UHGV virus genome: UHGV-0196349
Length of the DNA: 21,262 nt
From: a virus
Direction: 5' to 3' (one strand)
This document shows, piece by piece, positions 1-7,158 of this stretch; the stretch's first letter is position 1, and every line of letters begins with the position of its first letter. A program made the translations under genes and the position numbers. The notes beneath the pieces are model-generated. The model ran no database searches. It was given only the letters and a program-made list of their open reading frames with translations, and was not told where the DNA came from.

Positions 1-251
1 TCACTCTGCCAGATGGCGCAATGCCATCTGGTATCACTTAAAGGTATTAAAAACAACTTTTTGTCTTTTTACCTTCCCGTTTCGCTCAAGTTAGTATAAA
101 AAAGCTGAACGAGAAACAGAAAACACTGTAAATATCAATATGTTATGAAGGATTTAGTCTAAATAATAGACTGCATAATACTACAAAACACAACATATCC
201 AGTCACTATGAATCAACTACTTAGATAGTATTAGTGACCTGAGGCAGAGCA

Positions 252-292
252 TTAGCGCAAGGTGATTTTTTGTCCTCTTGCGCTAATTTTTT
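252..292 (+). terminator. Candidate intrinsic terminator: perfect 10-bp stem TTAGCGCAAG/CTTGCGCTAA with a 15-nt loop, followed by T6
   Basis: Inverted repeat 252-261 / 277-286 read directly, then TTTTTT at 287-292. No ORF of 60 aa or more ends just upstream. The loop is unusually long. Confidence 0.45.
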
Positions 293-548
293 GTCAACGG
301 ACTGGGTTAGTTGAATTTACAACCATGCTCAGTATCTCGATAAGCGCAGAGAAATGATGCAGTGGGGGCGGACTGGATTGATGAGAAGGTAGAGTGATCC
401 GCCTTAACAACTATCGAAGAGCACAAAGCCTTGTGTGTCTCATAGGCTATGAAACAATCATTTTACATGGTTACTTCACTACTTCCGCACAATATGATAT
501 CGTTCACAATCTAAAAACATTAATAATTTATCCATTACCGCGGTTAAT

Positions 549-575
549 GCCCGTCGCTTCCAACGGGCCTTTTTT
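549..575 (+). terminator. Candidate intrinsic terminator: stem GCCCGT/ACGGGC, 8-nt loop, then C + T6
   Basis: Stem 549-554 / 563-568 and T-run 570-575 read directly. It sits inside the weak 61-aa ORF 394..579, which argues that ORF is not coding. Confidence 0.5.
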
Positions 576-721
576 GTAAATTATATTTTTATTACCTTAT
601 ATTAATATTGGTAATATGTCTGCATGATGTTTTATATTTAATTTCGTTGACGTCAATGTTTTTTGCCAATGTACTTACTTCTTTATGTGAGCAGTTCATA
701 TTTTTGACGCCAACGAAACAT

Positions 722-3667
722 TTAGTGCTTCCCTTCTATTAAGTCTAACCTAGCTTTTATCTTATCCATTTCTCTGCGCTGCCATGCCGCCTCGATATAG
801 AATAAGAGATCAGGCCTGACCCCCCATCTAGATCCTGCTGGCGTTATTTCAACGCGCTCAATGATGTCTTCCATTACCATCACTGGATTATCATCCTCAT
901 CAACAATGATGCTCCCGTCATTATCAGTCAGCGGCATTTCCCTTTGGCCAGTAATGACGTCATCATATACTGCGGGATAATCGTCATAGCAAAGAAACGC
1001 ATAGCGGCATGTTGTGCTTTCTTCTTCCATGAGTCCGTGAGAAATAAGAACATCACGAAGTTGCTGCGCGATTACACCATGATGTATCCTCGCCCCTTCT
1101 TCCCCCTTTATAGCGACAGCGTTCAGCCATTTATAAGCGATATACCTGACGTCACCCCAGGCATCCAGCAATGTTTCGTCAGGAGAGACCGGCTCTGTCT
1201 TTAATGTTCCGTCACTGGTAACCACAGGATTGGAGCCAAGATAAACTATCGAGAACCTGTTTCCCGGACCACCAAGAGCATTTACATTATCAAGATAAGG
1301 TTTAACATCTCCGTTCTCAAAAAGATGTTCGAGTGCGTTATATACCGCGCGACGTGGAGTACTGCTTCTGGAACCATGCAACGTTATCATTGCACCATCT
1401 GCTGAAGACGTTGTTTCACCGCCGCTAACGATTAATCTCTGAGCGGTAACATCATCAGACGGTACTTTCTTCGCAATAATGGCGTAATTACCCTCAAGTT
1501 TGACTTCCGCGCGAACTTGTCCTGATGTACCTGCATGGACAGTCAGTGACTGGACGGCAACATCATCTGTGAAATCAACGGGTACAGGAACCGTCCTCAC
1601 GCCTGACGTCGACATAAAAGTAGGAAGCGTTCTGTTAGGAGTGGCTCCGTAGACAAAATCCCTTGAAACAAATTCTTCCTGTTTAATTTTCACCCTGAAA
1701 CAATACAAATCAGCCGGGTGACCATCGTGAACATAAGGATATTTTCTGTTGTTATCCCCTATGCTCCATGGGTTTAGAAAGTCTTCCCCACCGAAAATGT
1801 AGTACAGCCAGTTGTCTTTGATACAAACTGAACCAACACCAACCGCAGAGTTAACTATTCCGCCCTGATAAATCTGATCAGTAACATTAACCCACTCTAC
1901 ATTATCCAGACTCCACTCATTGACGTTAACTCTGGTCATAAATGTTCTTGGATAATTTCCTGCATAACGGTTATCAGGTTCTCCTCCTTCCCACTCACCA
2001 AATGCGCGCTCACTGCCAAAAATAATCAGCTCATCGCCAACTTTGGCAAAAGGAAGGTTTGAGTGATGAACATTATTTGGGAAGCGAAGAGAGTTCCATG
2101 ATGTACCTAAATCAGAGCTTCTGTGCAATGAACTACCGGGTTGAGTACTTAATGTCCCCCTGGTCGTCAGATACAGAATGCCATCATAATATTTTACACA
2201 TGGCTCAGATGCATTCGCCTCATATTCTACAGGTATGCGTCTGCGAACAAAGCTACCAGGAGAACCGAAAGCATCAGAGAAATAGAGTATCCCAAGCTCG
2301 CGTGGACCAATATCACCATTATGGTAGCCAACAGCAAAACTGTTATCGCTAATCGTCGCAAAACTGTGAATCTCAGTAACAGGAGTGCTTCCGTCAACAA
2401 AAGAAGGAATAGTTCCAAGACTGGTTTTTCTCCATGGTGACGAGTGAAATGATGTACCAAAACTCCAGTATCTACCCTCGTTATTCTGATCCACATCCTG
2501 GGTATTTTGCGTCGTAACTGTAAAGGTATTTTTATCAATAACAGTAGTCACCGTCATATTCCCGGTAACATCTGTAACACCAGAGTTTGAGAAGTTGACA
2601 AAATCACCAGCAAATAATCCGTGATCAGTAATGCGAATATAAGCGACTTGCTGATTTGCTGCTTTCGTTATACCACCATAAACGCGAAGGCTGCGACTCA
2701 TTGGGCGATCCCACAACTCTGCAACCTGCAGTTTATTTCCTCTCACGGTCCGCGTCTCAATTACAGCAAAAAGGCGATTTCTGACAACCCCCATACTCAT
2801 GCAGTGATAGTTAACTGTGGGATAGTTTTCATGTAAATCTGTAAGCCATTCCGGCGTTGTCCAGGTCTTCCCGTCATCTCCTGAGCGAACCCATGCAACA
2901 TGGAGGTTATTTACACCATGGCGGTCTCCAGCCATAAAAGGCGCATAGATGACATTGTCATATACAAACGTTTTATCCTGCGTCCAGGCGTTGTACCACG
3001 GTGTATCTGTAATTTTAAATAACTCTCCCTGGATAAAATCTTCAGAAGCATAAAAAAGAGGCTGACCCGGTATTCTCTCAAATAAAAAACGAGCATTTTT
3101 AAATCGACTGACATCTGGAAGAGTTGATACTTTAAAAGTAAGCCCTCGCCCATCTATCTTTTCACCACCTGTTGCAACAGAAAGTAATTCTGATAGAGCT
3201 GATGTATCATCATGAACACCATCACCAATAGCCCCCCAACCTCTTACATCATAACTGTCTCTCCATCTTGCTATCTGAAGTTTTGGGTATTTATTCGCTC
3301 CATCTGGGTCTTCTAATTGCTGCCGTAGTTGATCAGGGTCATACTTCAGCACATTAGGAAAATAGAACTGCTGCGCACCATACGCATCATAAACAGCCAT
3401 AGAATGGCCTTGCACGGTAACGAATTTGGCAATCTGTCCGTTATATACAGGATATCCAGCAGCGTTAATGATTATTGGTTGCGAAACAGGAACGTGAGAA
3501 CCGTCTTCGTTTTCCACATAAACCTGAATCTGGTTTTCAGGATTTACAGGGTCAGTGTCAATTTTACCGATATAAATTTTGCCATTGGCTACGGCTTTAA
3601 AAGAACGCGCCATAGTGAAGAGTTGCGAAGGCATCGATACGATCACATTGGCTGTAATGTCTCTCAT
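722..3667 (-). CDS. Chimeric tailspike: P22 gp9-type N-terminal head-binding domain + endo-N-acetylneuraminidase (K1 polysialic acid endosialidase) + C-terminal intramolecular-chaperone autocleavage domain
   Basis: 981-aa ORF. The N-terminus ([10 protein letters not shown]...[33 protein letters not shown]...[14 protein letters not shown]...NVLKYDPDQ) is near-identical in pattern to the P22 tailspike head-binding domain. Asp-box sialidase motifs are present ([16 protein letters not shown]). The C-terminus has the S74-type motif [11 protein letters not shown], with a Ser...Lys dyad at the expected cleavage serine (codon at 1214-1216). ATG at 3667 with GGAG about 11 nt upstream. Confidence 0.85.
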   Translation of the reverse strand: MRDITANVIVSMPSQLFTMARSFKAVANGKIYIGKIDTDPVNPENQIQVYVENEDGSHVPVSQPIIINAAGYPVYNGQIAKFVTVQGHSMAVYDAYGAQQFYFPNVLKYDPDQLRQQLEDPDGANKYPKLQIARWRDSYDVRGWGAIGDGVHDDTSALSELLSVATGGEKIDGRGLTFKVSTLPDVSRFKNARFLFERIPGQPLFYASEDFIQGELFKITDTPWYNAWTQDKTFVYDNVIYAPFMAGDRHGVNNLHVAWVRSGDDGKTWTTPEWLTDLHENYPTVNYHCMSMGVVRNRLFAVIETRTVRGNKLQVAELWDRPMSRSLRVYGGITKAANQQVAYIRITDHGLFAGDFVNFSNSGVTDVTGNMTVTTVIDKNTFTVTTQNTQDVDQNNEGRYWSFGTSFHSSPWRKTSLGTIPSFVDGSTPVTEIHSFATISDNSFAVGYHNGDIGPRELGILYFSDAFGSPGSFVRRRIPVEYEANASEPCVKYYDGILYLTTRGTLSTQPGSSLHRSSDLGTSWNSLRFPNNVHHSNLPFAKVGDELIIFGSERAFGEWEGGEPDNRYAGNYPRTFMTRVNVNEWSLDNVEWVNVTDQIYQGGIVNSAVGVGSVCIKDNWLYYIFGGEDFLNPWSIGDNNRKYPYVHDGHPADLYCFRVKIKQEEFVSRDFVYGATPNRTLPTFMSTSGVRTVPVPVDFTDDVAVQSLTVHAGTSGQVRAEVKLEGNYAIIAKKVPSDDVTAQRLIVSGGETTSSADGAMITLHGSRSSTPRRAVYNALEHLFENGDVKPYLDNVNALGGPGNRFSIVYLGSNPVVTSDGTLKTEPVSPDETLLDAWGDVRYIAYKWLNAVAIKGEEGARIHHGVIAQQLRDVLISHGLMEEESTTCRYAFLCYDDYPAVYDDVITGQREMPLTDNDGSIIVDEDDNPVMVMEDIIERVEITPAGSRWGVRPDLLFYIEAAWQRREMDKIKARLDLIEGKH

Positions 3668-3725
3668 TTAATTTGCTCCAGACACAAGGAATCGCCGCAG
3701 CATGGCTACGGTGAATTTTGGGCAT

Positions 3726-3748
3726 AAAAAAACCCAGCCGAAGCTGGG
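3726..3748 (-). terminator. Intrinsic terminator between ant and tailspike (CCCAGC-UUCG-GCUGGG + U7)
   Basis: On the minus strand: 6-bp GC-rich stem, UUCG tetraloop, then 7 U. It lies 20 nt downstream of the ant stop. P22 has a partial terminator at the same ant / gene 9 junction. Confidence 0.7.
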
Positions 3749-3767
3749 TCGTTGCGTTGGTTATCTG

Positions 3768-4703
3768 TCAGTAGTTATGTACTGAAGGAGGTAATTCTTT
3801 ATTCTTAAGTCTCATCCATGCGGAAAGATTCGTTGGTCCATCTGGCTCATTGATATCAACATCTCGTGTATGGTTGATTAAAACATCTCTCGCCATATCG
3901 ATAATACGGGAGAACTCATAACCGCAGTCATGACATCTGCCGGAATAGTTCGATTGAATTTGTTTCAGCGCCGGATACAGTTCGCGGAATAATGCCTGTG
4001 AGCGGTTGGCATAATCCCATAACCATACAAGGCTGTTTGCTTCTTTTGCAGAAAGCTCGTCGGTTTTCTTCTCTTGTTTGCCAATGAACTCACCTTCAAG
4101 CGGAACGCGAGCAGCAAGTGACAGTGCTTCGGTAAACTGCTCCTCACTGATTTCTTTGTACGAACATCCAAAATGGGATTTCAGTGACGACCACATGGTG
4201 ATCATCGCCTTAGCCTGTTTTTCTTTTGGCAGAGACTGACCGCGACTCATGACGAGTTGTTTAATGGCTTCCTGCTGTTCAGTGGTGATTTTACCCGGCA
4301 ACGCCTTTTTAGATTTGCGTGGGTTAACTACATAGCCTTTAGTCCAGTAGTCATGCAGCACGCTAAAGCATTCCTCCTGGTACTGAATCAGTTTATCACG
4401 GATGTCAGCACGAACTTTCTCAGGGTTGATGCTGAACAGCCATCCATTTAACTTCTTCAAAGGAAGGCAGAGTAGCTTACGAAGCTTCCCATCAGCGGCA
4501 ACCATGTTCATATGAACACAGTTGAATTTGCTAATCTGCTTCATGAGTTTTGTTTGCTGCGTTGACCAGCTCATTCCAAGGTTTTCAACGATTGGCTTCA
4601 TCGCAACATATGCAACTCCGGCAGCAATGGCGGTGATAATTTGCTGACCGTTGAATGGTACGTAAGAGGTGTTCACTGCTTCTAAAATTGCTATACTATT
4701 CAT
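3768..4703 (-). CDS. ant: Antirepressor Ant
   Basis: Translation from the internal ATG at 4703 begins [43 protein letters not shown], matching the P22 Ant N-terminus. GGAG lies 9-10 nt upstream. The ORF-track start at 4769 is an in-frame upstream extension that overlaps the preceding gene. Confidence 0.85.
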   Translation of the reverse strand: MNSIAILEAVNTSYVPFNGQQIITAIAAGVAYVAMKPIVENLGMSWSTQQTKLMKQISKFNCVHMNMVAADGKLRKLLCLPLKKLNGWLFSINPEKVRADIRDKLIQYQEECFSVLHDYWTKGYVVNPRKSKKALPGKITTEQQEAIKQLVMSRGQSLPKEKQAKAMITMWSSLKSHFGCSYKEISEEQFTEALSLAARVPLEGEFIGKQEKKTDELSAKEANSLVWLWDYANRSQALFRELYPALKQIQSNYSGRCHDCGYEFSRIIDMARDVLINHTRDVDINEPDGPTNLSAWMRLKNKELPPSVHNY

Positions 4704-4765
4704 GTTGGTTTTTCTCCACGGATTTACTGACAACCGAAGCCCTGACTGTTCCCGCAGTTGGGGCT

Positions 4766-4969
4766 TCAACTTTCTGATCTATCAGTTATATCTTTCCCTT
4801 CATATACTTCACCTATATTGCTAATGCTGGCAGAACATCCAAGATGCTTGTATCTTATGATGTCCAACACGCAGTCACTACACAGCATCCGACCTGTTTC
4901 TTTAGAGTAAATGTATGTTTGATCAGCGTCTGATTCGCTAATGCCGCAGAAACAACATTCTTTACTCAT
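4766..4969 (-). CDS. Small Cys-rich protein (CxC...CxxC, putative zinc-ribbon) inserted between arc and ant
   Basis: 67-aa [39 protein letters not shown]... Its ATG overlaps the arc stop as ATGA (4969-4966), suggesting translational coupling. No recognised homolog. P22 itself has no gene at this position. Confidence 0.5.
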   Translation of the reverse strand: MSKECCFCGISESDADQTYIYSKETGRMLCSDCVLDIIRYKHLGCSASISNIGEVYEGKDITDRSES

Positions 4970-5118
4970 ACCATTACCCCCTCTCTCTTCAAGCTGTCTA
5001 TCAGGCGCTTGATAACCTCTGAGTTAAACGACCTGCACTCTTCCTTTGCCCTGCTACCTATAGCATCCTTTAACGACTGCGGCATCCTTACCAAAATCTT
5101 ACTTATTTCTTTCTCCAT
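4966..5118 (-). CDS. arc: Arc-type ribbon-helix-helix repressor
   Basis: 50 aa from the ATG at 5118 (GGAGGG SD 5-6 nt upstream): MEKEISKILVRMPQSLKDAIGSRAKEECRSFNSEVIKRLIDSLKREG. The motif ..RSxNSE... and overall alignment match P22 Arc. The ORF-track start at 5154 is a TTG extension. Confidence 0.8.
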   Translation of the reverse strand: MEKEISKILVRMPQSLKDAIGSRAKEECRSFNSEVIKRLIDSLKREGVMV

Positions 5119-5232
5119 GTTACCCTCCACACAAACAACTCTTTTCGAATACAAAAGATATCAAAGTGAGTATATCTAGTCAAAATTTTTTTGCATACAC
5201 TTTGCTATCAAATTGAATACCAAAGGTGTGAT
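5119..5232. promoter_or_regulatory. Divergent immI control region (Pant leftward, Pmnt rightward) with candidate operators
   Basis: Minus strand: -35 TTGACT (5183..5178), 17-bp spacer, -10 TATCTT (5160..5155). Inverted repeat AGATAT-N10-ATATCT (5156..5177) overlaps the spacer and -10. A second inverted repeat TCTTTT-N7-AAAAGA (5140..5158) lies over the predicted start site. This mirrors the P22 O-arc / O-mnt layout, but the sequences differ from P22 operators. Confidence 0.4.
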
Positions 5233-5481
5233 ATGGCAAAGGGTGTGTCAATTTCTCCAACTACGGTAAGAATCCCTGAATCTTTACGCGAGGCTCTTGC
5301 TGTCAGAGCATCAAAAAATGGTCGCTCTGTTAACTCCGAGATCGTCATGATTTTGCAAGCCGCGATTGATGAAGATAGGTCGCCAAAGTCAGTTGAGTCA
5401 TTTGCTCAGCAAGAAGCTGACAAATTCAAAGAGGCGCTGCTTGAGACGCTAAAGACCATGTATGGTAAGGATGAAAAATAA
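5233..5481 (+). CDS. mnt: Mnt-type ribbon-helix-helix maintenance repressor
   Basis: 82 aa from the ATG at 5233: MAKGVSISPTTVRIPESLREALAVRASKNGRSVNSEIVMILQ...LETLKTMYGKDEK. The RHH core ..NGRSxNSE.. and P22 Mnt-like length fit. It is transcribed opposite to arc-ant, as in P22 immI. Confidence 0.8.
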   Translation: MAKGVSISPTTVRIPESLREALAVRASKNGRSVNSEIVMILQAAIDEDRSPKSVESFAQQEADKFKEALLETLKTMYGKDEK

Positions 5482-6017
5482 TGCTGCACACAATTCATTT
5501 CTTATGCCCCGTTAACACTGCCACTGTTGGGCAACTTCAGAACCACTGTCTCACCGCATTATCTCAAGGCGCAACTGAATTAAATATCCATATATCAAGT
5601 CAGGGAGGGGAAACTGCCGCTGGCTTTACTGCGTATAACTTTCTTAAGTCACTCCCTGTTACCGTTAGAACTCACAACATAAGCAATGTTGAATCCATAG
5701 CTAATATCGTTTTCCTGGCTGGCTCAGAACGTTTCGCAAACCCATTATCAAGATTCCTGTTACATCCTCTATTATGGTGCTTTGCCTCCCCAGCCGCCGA
5801 CCATGCCAGATTGAGAGAGTACGGGAAATGCCTCGATAACGATCTTGATCGCTTCGTTGAGACGTTCAATATCGACATCGGAACCCATATTAGGTGGGCA
5901 TCCCTGATAGCAGACTCGACCATTTTGGATGCTAACAAGGCTCTTGAGCATGGCATAATTAATTCCATAAAAACTGCAAGGCTGGTATCCAATCAGGCAA
6001 ACTGGTGGGTTGTTTGA
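5481..6017 (+). CDS. ClpP-fold (Clp/crotonase-like) serine protease-like protein, coupled to mnt
   Basis: 178 aa. The start overlaps the mnt stop (TAATG). It aligns by eye to the ClpP core: IHISSQGGE ~ YINSPGG; AAGFTAYNFL ~ TAGMSIYDTM; NVESIANIVFLAG ~ GQAASMGAFLLTAG (nucleophile Ser in register); RFLLHPL ~ RVMIHQPL (His in register). It is shorter than ClpP and lacks the N-terminal axial region. Confidence 0.7.
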   Translation: MLHTIHFLCPVNTATVGQLQNHCLTALSQGATELNIHISSQGGETAAGFTAYNFLKSLPVTVRTHNISNVESIANIVFLAGSERFANPLSRFLLHPLLWCFASPAADHARLREYGKCLDNDLDRFVETFNIDIGTHIRWASLIADSTILDANKALEHGIINSIKTARLVSNQANWWVV

Positions 6018-6046
6018 TGGGTAAATCATGATTACTCCTTATAAAA

Positions 6047-6082
6047 AACCCACCTGACGGTGGGTTAATTTTTACCTTTTTT
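6047..6082 (+). terminator. Intrinsic terminator after the ClpP-fold gene
   Basis: Stem AACCCACC/GGTGGGTT (6047-6054 / 6059-6066) with a TGAC loop, followed by AATTTTT and a second T6 (6077-6082). It lies 30 nt after the stop. Confidence 0.55.
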
Positions 6083-6155
6083 GGACCATATTGACTACTC
6101 ATAAAATGAGATCAATATTTAATCGCCCAATAACGGGTGCATGTTGAGGTATATC

Positions 6156-6335
6156 ATGGCGAAAAAACCAGGTGAAAACACAGGAAAAAACGGCGGAATA
6201 TACCAAGAAGTTGGCCCACGCGGCGGTAAGAAAGACAATTTTGCCACCGTCAAGGACAACGAAAGGCTTCCACCAACAACAAAGCCAGGTCATGGCTGGG
6301 TATTGGATAAGCGAACTCCAGACAGCAAAAAGTAA
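6156..6335 (+). CDS. Small basic Gly/Lys-rich protein, possibly YjzC-like family
   Basis: 59 aa from the ATG at 6156 (GAGGT 7 nt upstream): MAKKPGENTGKNGGIYQEVGPRGGKKDNFATVKDNERLPPTTKPGHGWVLDKRTPDSKK. The GxYxExG...W...KR pattern recalls YjzC-like small proteins; this is from memory and unverified. It is followed by a hairpin + T-run. Confidence 0.5.
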   Translation: MAKKPGENTGKNGGIYQEVGPRGGKKDNFATVKDNERLPPTTKPGHGWVLDKRTPDSKK

Positions 6336-6340
6336 TACTC

Positions 6341-6363
6341 AAGCCGGGTCACTCCGGCTTTTT
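6341..6363 (+). terminator. Weak intrinsic terminator (AAGCCGG-loop-CCGGCTT + short T-run)
   Basis: Stem 6341-6347 / 6354-6360, 6-nt loop, then TTT. The stop codon of the convergent minus-strand ORF lies in the loop. Confidence 0.4.
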
Positions 6364-6714
6364 GATATGTCGCTCGCAGAACTCAACAAGCCTGCTCATT
6401 AAGTAGCAGTAAGTCTCATTGGCTCTTCCTGGTTCAACATCAACACCGACCCTTGAGCAGATATCGAATGCCATGTGAGCGCACTCATGGGCAATAGTAG
6501 ATAGTTTGCCATTGAACACGCCTATCACATGCAAAACACCATTCTCGCTGCTCATTGTATGAGACGCTCCGTTGGCGTCCGAGTCATGCACGTCAACGCC
6601 AAGTTTTTGATGCAGGCGTTGCCATTCTGGAAAGTCTCTACAAAACACAATTGTACCGCTCTCAAAGAGCGGAACGAGCATCTTTGGTACGTTTCCAATG
6701 TTAACTTTTTTCAT
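6349..6714 (-). CDS. Small HExxH-motif protein (putative minimal zinc-metallopeptidase-like)
   Basis: 121 aa from the ATG at 6714 (AGGA 4 nt upstream): MKKVNIGNVPKMLVPLFESGTIVFCRDFPEW...STIAHECAHMAFDICSRVG... It contains a single HExxH motif. The family is not recognised. Its 5' end abuts the divergent plus-strand gene, about 30 bp between starts. Confidence 0.5.
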   Translation of the reverse strand: MKKVNIGNVPKMLVPLFESGTIVFCRDFPEWQRLHQKLGVDVHDSDANGASHTMSSENGVLHVIGVFNGKLSTIAHECAHMAFDICSRVGVDVEPGRANETYCYLMSRLVEFCERHIKKPE

Positions 6715-6744
6715 GGTATCCTGCTCAAAACTAAGGAGCTTGGT

Positions 6745-7134
6745 GTGAAGCAATTTCTTGCTGCTATGTTCTTATTCATATCTTTTGGGGCTACAGCAGA
6801 GTGCTGGGTCGTTGGAGATATGCGCGGAATAAGCTATTCAGAACGAAATAATTTCCATCCGGAAGAAGATGGTTTTAGTGGAACATTCATCATTAAGACA
6901 AGCGGTGAAGATGCCAGCATCACATATTCTGGGACAGATGCGGGCGGCATGGCTTACAAAGCATTGTCTAAAAACTCCATCATAGGAATCGGCGCGAATG
7001 GCGAAACTCAACGCGTTATCGACTCATGGGTAATACATCCTACTGGAACAGTTTTAATGTCAAAAACCATTTCTGGTTATGGGAATATGGATTCAACCAA
7101 AGCTTTTGTTGGAAAAGTAAAAAGAAAATGTTAA
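6745..7134 (+). CDS. Signal-peptide (secreted/periplasmic) protein of unknown function
   Basis: GTG at 6745 with TAAGGAG 6 nt upstream. The N-terminus MKQFLAAMFLFISFGATA|ECWVV has a basic n-region, a hydrophobic core and an A-x-A-like cleavage site; it is not a lipobox. The mature protein is about 111 aa, Gly/Ser/Thr-rich, with Cys near both ends. The in-frame ORF-track extension to 6529 overlaps the opposite-strand gene and is discounted. Confidence 0.55.
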   Translation: MKQFLAAMFLFISFGATAECWVVGDMRGISYSERNNFHPEEDGFSGTFIIKTSGEDASITYSGTDAGGMAYKALSKNSIIGIGANGETQRVIDSWVIHPTGTVLMSKTISGYGNMDSTKAFVGKVKRKC

Positions 7135-7158
7135 CGATTGAATCCAATTCCCCATACG

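Noticed and set aside
394-579. 61-aa plus-strand ORF in the tailspike-distal region
   Set aside because: No SD, odd composition, and a terminator hairpin lies inside its 3' end. It is more likely non-coding or part of an RNA.
1-721. Search for a tRNA gene or tRNA 3'-end att core (for example argW or thrW-like GGTTCGA...CCA) marking the prophage boundary
   Set aside because: No tRNA-like sequence or recognisable core repeat was seen by eye. The boundary cannot be placed from this window.
944-3727. Several plus-strand ORFs (944..1204, 2059..2352, 2621..2836, 3329..3727) and minus-strand ORFs (2227..2538, 2911..3153) inside the tailspike region
   Set aside because: They are shadow frames of the 981-aa tailspike gene, which has strong homology support.
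4704-4769. Upstream in-frame extension of ant to 4769 (333 aa), and similar extensions for gp4 (to 14356), the HExxH ORF (to 6753), arc (to 5154) and mnt (from 5191)
   Set aside because: The internal starts have proper SD spacing and reproduce known N-termini, as for Ant and gp4. The extensions would overlap neighbouring genes or start on non-ATG codons.
5772-6029. 85-aa minus-strand ORF with a perfect AAGGAG-N5-ATG start, antisense inside the ClpP-fold gene
   Set aside because: It lies wholly within a gene with clear protein-family signal on the other strand, and its own product has no recognisable features. The SD+ATG is probably coincidental.
6099-6402. ORFs 6099..6293 (-) and 6172..6402 (+) overlapping the small basic protein gene
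   Set aside because: They are alternate-frame or antisense shadows. The 6156..6335 frame has the SD and a terminator immediately downstream.
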